A stretch of 64,000 nucleotides of DNA. It comes from Mizuhopecten yessoensis. Lineage: Eukaryota. The position numbers were made by a program, and so were the translations under genes. The notes beneath the pieces were generated by a model. The model had not been told where the DNA came from, searched no databases, and worked only from the letters and a program-made list of their open reading frames with translations. This document shows positions 54,279-64,000 of this stretch, in pieces. Positions within the stretch are counted from its first letter, which is position 1; the number at the start of each line of letters is the position of its first letter. Location of the stretch: NCBI RefSeq assembly GCF_002113885.1, contig NW_018408785.1, positions 289,750-353,749 of the forward strand, in the 5' to 3' direction.

Positions 54279-55289
54279 ACAAGAGGCCCAAGGGCCTTAG
54301 CGGTCACCTTAATTATATAATAGGTACTGGAAGCTTTATTTTATTGTTTAGATGTGATGCGGAAATCAGCATGTAAACTAAGTGAAATACAATACTTGTC
54401 ATGTCATCAAAGGATAAGAATTTGAAAATATTGGTAATTGTTCCCTTTGGGGCCCCGCCCTAGCCGCTAGATATGGGGCAGGAATCCCAATTTTACAAAG
54501 TAAATCTCTCATTCACCAAAGATGGTTCTGACTAAGATTGAGTAATTTTCTGCTGATAATGGATAAAATATACCCAAAAGTGTTATTTCCCTATATAAAC
54601 TATAGTAAACTTGACCCCCTCCCAAAGGGAGAACGAATAGCTCGGGGGTCCTGAAATTTACGATTTAGATAAAGCCCCTGATGATTTTCTTTCTATGCAA
54701 AGAAAATGATTGTAGTACCTCTGAGTCTGGGGATTTTTTTTTTAAATATTGGTTAATTTTCCCTTTGGGGCCCCGCCCTGGCCCCAGGGCTTGGGGTAGG
54801 AATCTCAATTTTACAATTTGAACCATCATCCTCCAAGGATAATTCTCACCAAGTAAAAATAATTCCCTACAGAAAGTTGAAAAAGTATACCCAAAAGTGT
54901 TATTTCCCTACATAAACTATAGTAAATTTTACCCCCTCTTCAAGGAAGAACGAATAATTGGGGGGTCCTGAAATTTACAATTTAAGTAAAGCCCCTGATG
55001 ATCTTTCTTTCCATGCAGGGAAAATGACTGTAGTACCTCGGAGTCTGGAGAGGAAGATTTTTGAAATATTTGTTCATTTTCCCTTTGGGGCCCCGCCCTG
55101 GCCCCAGGGTTTTGGGTAGTAATCCCAATTTTACAATTGTGTAGCCTCATCTACCAAGGATGATTCTGACCAAGTTTGGAAAAAATCCATCCACTGGTTC
55201 TTGAGAAGAAGTTGAAAATGTAAAAAGTTTACGCACGACGCACGACGGACGACGGACGACGACGGAGCAAAGCTCAGGTGACCTAAAAA
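54279..55289 (-). mobile_element. Non-autonomous Helentron-associated (DINE/HINE-like) element
   Basis: Ends ACAAGAGGCCCAAGGGCC and AGCTCAGGTGACCTAAAA; (GACG)n-type tract; internal ~320-bp tandem repeats. Confidence 0.65.
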
Positions 55290-55520
55290 TCCTTCTTCTA
55301 CCATAGGGATTAAGAGATTTTATCCTAATTTAGTTTGGATCATCCTTGGGCCAAGGGGACTCAATTTTGTATAAGCAGTGGGTGTGGTCTCCCAGGGGAC
55401 AGAAGGGTGGGGCCCAATAGGAGAAATAGAGGTAAAACCTTTAAAATCCTGCTTCGATCATCTGGATTCAGGGATTTTGTCCTTATTTAGTCTGGAGCAA
55501 CCTTGGACCAAGGGGACTCA

Positions 55521-56706
55521 TTTTTAGCTCACTTGGCCCGAGCTTATACCGTGGTGCGGTGTCCGTCGTCCGTCCGTCCGTCCGTCCGTCCGTCCGTCGA
55601 CCAATGTCAATTTTTTTTACTTTAAACTACTTCTTCTCAATAACCAAAAGGCTTAGGGTAATGATATTTAACCAGTAGCATGCTGGGATGCTGGGAAGGG
55701 CTACCAAGTTTGTTCAAATAAATTTCCTTGACTGACTTTCAAGGTCATAGCGGTCAAATATCTTAAAATCTTCAAACAACCTTCTCAATAACCAAAAGCC
55801 CCAGGGTACTGATATTTAGCCTGTAGCATGATGGGATGAAAGGCTGCCAAGTTTGTTCAAATGAATGAACTTGACTTATATTCAAGGTCACAGGGTCAAA
55901 TATGTTAAAAACCTGTACTACAACTTCTTCTGAATAACCAAAATGCATAGGAAGATGATATTTGGCCAGTAGCATGCTGGAATAAAGGACTACAGAGTTT
56001 GTCCAAATGCAAAAAAAAACTTTTAACAACTTCTTCTGAATAACCAAGAGGGATAAGGAGACGATATTTTGCCAGTAACATGCTCGGATGAAGGGCTACC
56101 AAGTTTGTTCAAATGAATGACCTTGACTTATATTCAAGGTCACAGGGGTTAAATATGTTTTAAACCTTTAAACAACTTTTTCTGAATAACCAAGAGGCCT
56201 ATGATAATGCCAGTAACATGCTGGGATGAAGGACTAACAAGTTTGTTCAAATGAATGACCTTGCCATATATTCAAGGTCACAGGGGTCAAATTTGTTAAA
56301 AACCTTTAAACGACTTCTTAATAAGCAAAAGGCCAAGGGTGAAGATATTTGGCCATTCACATGCTGGGATGAAGGACTACCAAGTGAATGACCTTCGCCC
56401 ATATTCAAGGTCACAGTGGTCAATATATGTTTAAATCTTTAAATGATTTGTTCTGTATAACCGAAAGGTCCAGGGTAATGATATTTTGCCAGAGGCATGC
56501 TGGGTTTGAAGACTATAAGCTCTGTTCAACCTAATGTCCATGTTCGACATTCAAGGTCACAGGCGTCATATGTTAAAATCTTTTAATAGGTTCTTATGAA
56601 TCAAACACTGATATTCTGCCTGTAGCTGTATTTTAGTCCACTTTTAAGATTACAAGTATGAGATTAATACCAGGTGAGCGATGCAGGCCCATTGGGCCTC
56701 TTGTTT
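55521..56706 (+). mobile_element. Non-autonomous Helentron-associated (DINE/HINE-like) element
   Basis: TTTTAGCTCAC start, (GTCC)n, internal ~140-bp tandem repeats, end CAGGTGAGCG...GGCCCATTGGGCCTCTTGTT hairpin. Confidence 0.72.
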
Positions 56707-57655
56707 TTCTACAGCATCGCTATTGCACAAGCAAATCATTTCTGAACAATAACCCATACCTTGCGGGAGTTTCTTCAGATTTTGGGGGAAATTATGAAAT
56801 TTCGATTTTAAAAAAAATAACAAAATTAAACAAAATATATACTATTTGATGCAACAACGGTTTATTAGAAATATAACACATAAACAAATAATGCAAAGCT
56901 GTGTCAACAGTTCAGTTCAATACTTATAGTTACGTTTTTCCTGCCTCGTATGTTCTTTTTTAACTTACAATTTATATCAAAAATTTAAAATCCCGCCTTA
57001 TCGACAGTCCACACAAATGTTGTAGCGTGCTGATAGGCAAACAAAGTAGTGCTTTGAAATTTTAACAAACACTTCAATTTTACTACACAATTCAGTGTCA
57101 ATACAATTGCGTATGATATGTCTATAGGGTGATATAAGTGTATTAATAGAACTCTGAGCTCAAAGTTAAATTTGCAAATGTTTCGATTTTTCAATTCCCG
57201 CTAGGTTCAAACTGACATACGAACGTATTGCATTTATTTCCTCCCTAATTCTGGATGTAAAGAAAACAGAAGCTGCTTCACAAATTAGTCTGATACAAAT
57301 ATAGTTTGTTACCTCAACGACTCGGGATCATGACTACCATGAAACTGGAATAAACCTGACTAGGATTTACTCCTATCCGTTCCCAGTTCTACTGCCTTCA
57401 CTCCGTTGTGAACCCGGGGAGAAGTCGGATACTCCGATACTTTAACTGTGACGGTTGTAAATGCCGAAATCCGCTGGAGTTGCATTCCGGAAATCTCCGA
57501 TGCTGCAACTCCGGTTGTGAACCCCGGACCATTTGGATTTACACTCCGCAAAACTTTCCGATATGGTAACTCCGGTTGGCAATGCCTGGATCCTTAACAT
57601 GGCCAACATGACTAAGTTGATTCTAATGATCATGAGATGGTATGTGACTTAATGA

Positions 57656-60269
57656 CTAACCATACAGCAGTGTCTTCCACTGGGGAGGGTCTCTCTTTAC
57701 GATCCTGTGTCCTGTCTGGCTCCTGAAAAACACAAAACACAAATATACCAATCAGTTATTTGTATTCTATGACATACTGGCGAATTCCCGAGCTAGTCTC
57801 TCCTACCAGTAACATGTTTTACCTTATGCTCATTTTAAAAGGTAATGTTTTTTTTTTTTTAAATTTAGTTTCCATTTTAGGGTTGGAACATTGAAGTGTT
57901 CTCAAACGAACTTTTACACTTCGTGTGTAAATTACAATCTCATAAATATTCAAAGAGATATGCAATTCCTCAAGTATAGGCCGACTTAGAATGAAATTGG
58001 CATTATAAATCGAACCAATACATGTTTAACAGCAGACCGGTGTCTGGACACCTTACGTACGGTATCACTCAGTGCTTTCCTCACCATAACACTCTCACTG
58101 ATGTAGTTCAAAGCTTAGTGAGAAATTTGAGCCTAAGAAATCAAGTGCATGGTGTATATCATGTCGAAATTATTACAGCTCATGTTGGCCAAAAGTAAAA
58201 GGATACATTGTAAGGAATAGATATCTGTGTTTTGATAGCCAGAAATGACTTGCCATGGACCTTTCGTATGTCTTTGGTTTACATGTAAACTAAATAGAGA
58301 ATAACCATGATCTGTCATCCCTTCGAGTTGGGGAGGAGAGACAAGAATAGACCTGCTGTTACCCACTACATGATCGAAAGAGAGGCCAATACGGGGTTTT
58401 CGTCTGTGTCTTCTACTGAGAGGACATGCAAGACACCAAATTTGAGCTTCTTCCATCATTACATTACCGACCATATTTTGCACTGGCTGTTGCGAGGACG
58501 TTAATCAACAGACAAACAAACATAATCTGTTTCAGGAATTAGCCTTAAAATAAGGCTAAATCAAGTGAACCTACCTTGGAATATTCGACCTGTCTCTTCT
58601 TGCCGTTTCTTTGTCCGCATTTGGACTTTCTGGGTTATGGCTACGGTCCACCAAGCTAGGGACTCTCATGGTTTTCAGGGTTTTCAGGGTTTTCCGTGAG
58701 CGGAGAACCCCGTCGTCTCTAGTCGCTGCCTCATGTACATCCTTTACTGATTGTTCGTTGACTACTGGTATGTAATCTTCGTCTGTCATCGTTACATCAT
58801 TCTCTAAAATGCCTTCAAATATTTGGTCGTATGTCTTCATTATGGATGCGTCATCTTCTACTTTTCGTTTGTTGATTTCAAGTTTGTAAGTGTCGCCTGT
58901 CACTGATGCCTCATTTATATCATCTTTAGATTTTTCTTCGACTCTGTGAATAAAATAACAAAAAAGTCTTAATTGGATTTGGCAAAGGTAAAATAATTGA
59001 AAACGAGAAAGCAATTAATTACTGACACACCTACACCCCAAGGGAATTTGATTATATAAGATTACATTATTTCGGATATTTCGTGAAGCATTGCTTACCT
59101 TTACGTCTACACTTCACTGACGAATTCGTGTCTCCTGTAGACATTGGTACACGTTTATATCATGCTCGCCAGTGGAATTCCCGCTACCAAAATAGATATT
59201 CGTGATAGTCCGTTTCAAGGAAATATGAAACAGAAAGTAGTTATTCTCAGAAAAAATATCACAAGCAGTTTCATTTCGGAAGGTTAACTAAATGACTAGA
59301 TAGCCTTAGATTATAATTTAGTTGTAATATTTCATCATTTTATCATCTATAGATTTGTCTTCGACTCTGTGAGTAAAATAACAAAAAAATCTTAATTAGA
59401 TTTGTCAAAGATAAAATAGTTGAAAACGAGAAAGTCATACTGTTTATTCACAACTATGGAAATATATATATGTATATTTGTACAATTGAACAGGGGACCT
59501 TGAATATGTCCTAAATTACAGATTACATCACTTTAGAGTAAGGTACTGACTACTGTGCAATGTTTGGTTCGATGGTGCAATGTTCCAGGATTATTTTTTT
59601 ATTCAATTTATTGTTTGTTATAGTGTTAGATATACGCCAGCAATTTTCCAATGAGCGGGGGATATACATTAAACACATGTATAATCTAAATAGTTAGAGA
59701 GATAATATATAGATACATGTATATATCAATTTGATATATGATTAAGCTACAGTGACACACACACATTCTAGCGCTGAAACCCGTAGCTCAATGTCCTATT
59801 TGTTACGTCATCGGCCATACGTACTTTATCCAGCTTGTTCAAAATTTCGACCTCGAGTGTTCACTTTCAACTTCATGCTTTGACATTACACAAACCATTG
59901 TATTTCATTGGACATTTTCACGTCAGCCTAGCTACATTCTGTCAAATATTTACATAGAATAAGTTAACAAGAAATTGAACGGAAGTTTCTTATTTCAGTT
60001 TAAAATGTAAATTAAAGGTTTTTCTGTTAATATGTATGTTCGAAGCAATACAAAGTTCCAGTTCCATGCCATTTCGAACACATCCCAATCCCAAGTTAAT
60101 ATTATACCACCCTTATCAAGTCCATATCCAGTTCTGAATTACTTTTTTATTTTTGACTGTCAAACGCCAAAAACTTAACCCGTTGAAATACTTACATGTA
60201 TCTGACCTGTGAAAAGCCTAGTATCATAATGGTAGCGATGACCAGCCATAAAATACGTCCAGTCTCCAT
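57656..60269 (-). CDS. Putative secreted peptide precursor A4 (169 aa)
   Basis: Exons 60269-60196 (METGRILWLVIATIMILGFSQVRY), 58943-58575, 57722-57656 (...HRIVKRDPPQWKTLLYG*). Confidence 0.68.
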
Positions 60270-63200
60270 GTCTGCCTCTTTCTGTGTTCCCTGTAGGTGG
60301 GTTGGTTGGTTGGTTGAGGTGTTTTGCGTCTGAAGTCTTGTCCCTTGTAGACATGGGTACATGTTTACATCATGTTCGTCAGTGGAATTCCCGCTACCAA
60401 AATAGATATTGTGACTCATTCCTATTTATAACCTATTGATTGAGGAGTGTCAAACGATAACATAACAACAAGTTTAAGAAAGTTCCCGTACCTGTTTGTT
60501 ATTGTTCCGTTTCGTGAAAATATGAAACAGAAAGTAGTTATTCTTAGAAAATGTCACAAGCAGTTTCATTTCGAACGGTAAACTAAATGACTAGATACTC
60601 TTAGATTATTATTTCGTTGTAATATTTCTTTATGCTTCATGAAAATCTTTCATTATACATGTGCAATACATACAAGTATAATTATTAAAGAAATATCAAC
60701 AATCGTGGATGTATTTTGGCAGAATATATAATGATTTCTTTTGGCGGGAAAATTACCGGTCAAACGTTTGACTGACTATACAATGACAAGGAGATTGTAT
60801 TAACATAAACTACTCGCAGTGTAAATATTTTTTATACAAACACTGAAAGCACCCGGAACACATTGCCCCTATCATCTAGAAGAAAAAGAAAGGGCCGAGG
60901 TCATCCGGATGCACTGGATGAGCCTCTGATCTACCAAGGAGTGGTCCTCCTCGACTAACCGTCGTCAGAATCGCACCATGCATCTTCCGCAATGGAAACA
61001 ACTACAAACCCATTCGGGATCAATGATGTTATGGTGTGCGGAGGGATAGCTTATGATGTTTAAACACCTTAAGTTGTTGTCAGCGGAAATATAACCACTG
61101 TCGGCTACAAATTCCAGATCCTGCGACCCCACATTTTCCCTTGGCGCATCAACACAGTTTAGCGTTTCAACAGTACAATGTACGTCCTTGTTTTGCAAGA
61201 CTCTGTCAGCACTTGTTGGCTGCAAACAATATATAACTACTTGACTAGCAAACCTGCACATCTAATACGTACCCAAATGAACACTACGGGGATGAATAAG
61301 ATTAGCAAAGTGTGTAAAAGACCAGAATCGCCAAGAGACGTTGACCTGCCGACGGTCATGCTTTTGCAAGATTGAAAAAGTGAGAGGAATTAAAGTACAA
61401 ACAAATTCAGTAAAGGAGAGGATCATGGCGACCACCATTACGTGAGGCTGGAATTCACGATACTGATTTTTCGACAGCAGCGTAGATTTCATTTTACACG
61501 ATGAAGCTGGCAGCAGTTCAACGTCAATAGGCCTTCTACTCGTGAATGTTATTTGGAGTTATTCGGTGATTTTTTGTCGAAGTACCAGAAAATGAATTCT
61601 TTCAACATAGGCAATAAATGATATGACAAAGATTCTAAAGAATATTACAAAGAGTTTACTGCATATTTTCTCTCTCCTCCTTTCAGTATACCACTGTCGA
61701 TAGGAAAGTGTACTATGAACGGAGGCGTCAATCACCCCTGGTCTAAATGAGCAATAAGATGTTTACTTGCCCCAAAGTAACGAGACAGACCATTCATCAA
61801 CTGCTTATAAATATCGAAATCTTTGCGGATGCTGTCAAAAATTAAGGTTTGAAACGTATGCAGCATATTTAATTATACGGATTCCTATATTCCTATCTGG
61901 TTTGACTAAGTTTATCTGGTATGTAAAAGATATGCGTCCTGATTCAGTATTGTATTACGGTGTTTCCGTGAAAATGAGCGCATTTGGATAAACCGGCCGA
62001 CTACGTACACCCGGAAAGGCCCGAGAGCTCCTATTAAAAACATAATCTCAGATGTATATTTAATGGCCTGACGGTTCCCAACTAATGCATTGTCACGGAT
62101 GTAGATTTGAATTTTATCAGATAATGTTTTCCATTTCTTTTGGATTTCTATAGGATGATTTTATCGCCATGTGTGTTTAACTCGTAATTGTGGTAAAAAT
62201 TGTTCCAAGCCAAGTCAATGTACATACCCAAACTTATCAACCCAGACGCAGACCTCCGTACAGACGATAACTTTATAATTCATTACAATTTCACAAATCC
62301 GTATACGATTGAAACGTGTAAACATTATAGTGATTGGTCTATACTGTAGTGATTGCTGTGTCTCCCTAGTCCTAGTAACGTCGAGTCAGTATGATGTAGA
62401 TTTGTATCTATTACAATATGTTATATGTGCTATCACACCAGTTGTCAATGAAATAGCAACAATGTTAATACATTATACCTGCTTATAATAAACAGTTTAA
62501 TATTCCTGATTTCTCTTGTAACTTAAAAAAGGGGACTTCCACTGGTATTCCATCAGTGTCTCTTGGGCTGCCTGCTTCGTTACAACACCTTGTCATAGGG
62601 ATGGTCATCGATTTCACATCGTGTGTTCTTTGCCATGCCCAGTCTGAAATTCTCTTCCTCATGCTTTAAGAATCTTGCTCATGCGTATGATATGGGATGT
62701 TGGATTGGTTTCTTCACGGAATATGTACCTTCCATCTCCATTTGCGCTTCGATGTATGCCGTACTGTTTTCTGTTCTGTATTTAGTCATACTTTCTAGTC
62801 TCAGATGTAGTCTTTAAGAATGCTATATTTTTTTGTAGACAGGTTTTGGCAAAACTCTGCATCTTGTTCTCCAATGATTCCGTATTTGGAATTAAACCAT
62901 TTCAGTTAAGTTTCAAACAGGATATTTTGTTTCTCCAAACAGCCGTGAAAGCGACAAATGCATACAACATATTGACAACCCTCGTCTTGATATCTGCATC
63001 CTGCTTTGCTCAGAATGATATCTCTAGATAACTGACCTTGCTGGTTAACCTTAATGATACTAGGTCTAGAACGCGTAGCATTTGCTCCCAAATACTAGGT
63101 GTTCTGTGAACTGATTACTAGTTATGTGCTCCTTGGTGCGGCACAGAAGCTGTCTGTCTGTTGTAAAACGTAAGACAGCATTCTTTTATCATATACGAAG

Positions 63201-64000
63201 TCAATGTTCCCCAAATCTAATTCAAATTATATCTTCACATCGATACCGTTTACTGATAATTCGCGTGAAAGTGACATACAGTAAATGGGAGCGATGTGAA
63301 GATATAACTTTAATTAGATTTATGTTCCCGACGTTTTGTATCCTGGTCCTTTGAATTTCAAGTTGTTGGTGTCACAGAAGAATCATTTCCCGACTTTTGA
63401 ATCTACGTTGAAAATGGTGAAAGGTCTAGACTACACGGCAGGTAGTTACTTGATGCAACCTTCTGATAAAGGTTGTACCAAGTTCTTCATCCATTGGTTA
63501 TTCTTGTTCCTTAATTACCGTTGAAGGTTAGTTTTGCCGATTTGTTGTATGGGCAGGGTATTAATACAGAACGAGTTACAGGAACTTTTTCCAGTTTGCT
63601 ATATTTAATATTGTTTCGGAACATTTTAGAAATGAATTTTCATTCTTTAGACCCATTGGTGAGCTGTAAATGGACGGTATAACAATATGGTGCAGTCAAT
63701 TTATACTTTGTTTGGCTTTCCGATTCGACCTACGGAATCTTTAAATAGTTGTCTTCTTGATTCGTATCTCTAGCGATTATTTTACGACATAACGGAGTTG
63801 ACTAAGCTAATAGCTTATCAGTCCCTGAGGACAGCCGTCAGTAACCTTGCAGTTGGATGTTTTTCTTTCGTGGTTTACTTCAAATACTAATTCAAACACA
63901 AACGATCTGTTGAAGCCAAACGTTGTTTTAAATATTATAAAGGATTATATAGGCGTCTTCCCCCATTTGTTGTATTCTTCATGCTCCGAAATGCTTTCGA

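Larger units (their letters stand above)
19950..60840. repeat. Tandem segmental duplication, 4 diverged units
   Basis: Collinear homologous blocks at ~19.95-28.55, 30.2-39.3, 39.3-47.9 and 47.9-60.84 kb (e.g. paralogous ORFs at 26495, 37130, 46156, 58571). Confidence 0.93.

Overview
AT-rich, intron-containing animal genomic DNA (repeat types suggest a bivalve mollusc; inference), with assembly gaps at 9026-9779, 27010, 28555-28800, 34090 and 43350-43583. The left third (657-18966, + strand) holds 15 coding exons of the DEAD-box helicase DDX24/MAK5; the 5' end is not identified. Five of its 14 introns begin with a minisatellite whose unit is a copy of the exon end plus the 5' splice site, and one intron is U12-type. 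The region from about 20 to 60.8 kb is four tandem ~9-13 kb duplicated units. Each unit carries an apparently intact 3-exon minus-strand gene for a small secreted precursor (signal peptide, acidic pro-region, KR, short C-terminal peptide) and a decayed paralog. Insertions include a 5S-containing mini-LTR with a tRNA-Leu primer site, truncated L2/CR1-type LINEs, a Crypton-like fragment, nested Helentron-associated-like elements and MITEs. Most long ORFs in the track are artefacts of tandem repeats or N-runs.
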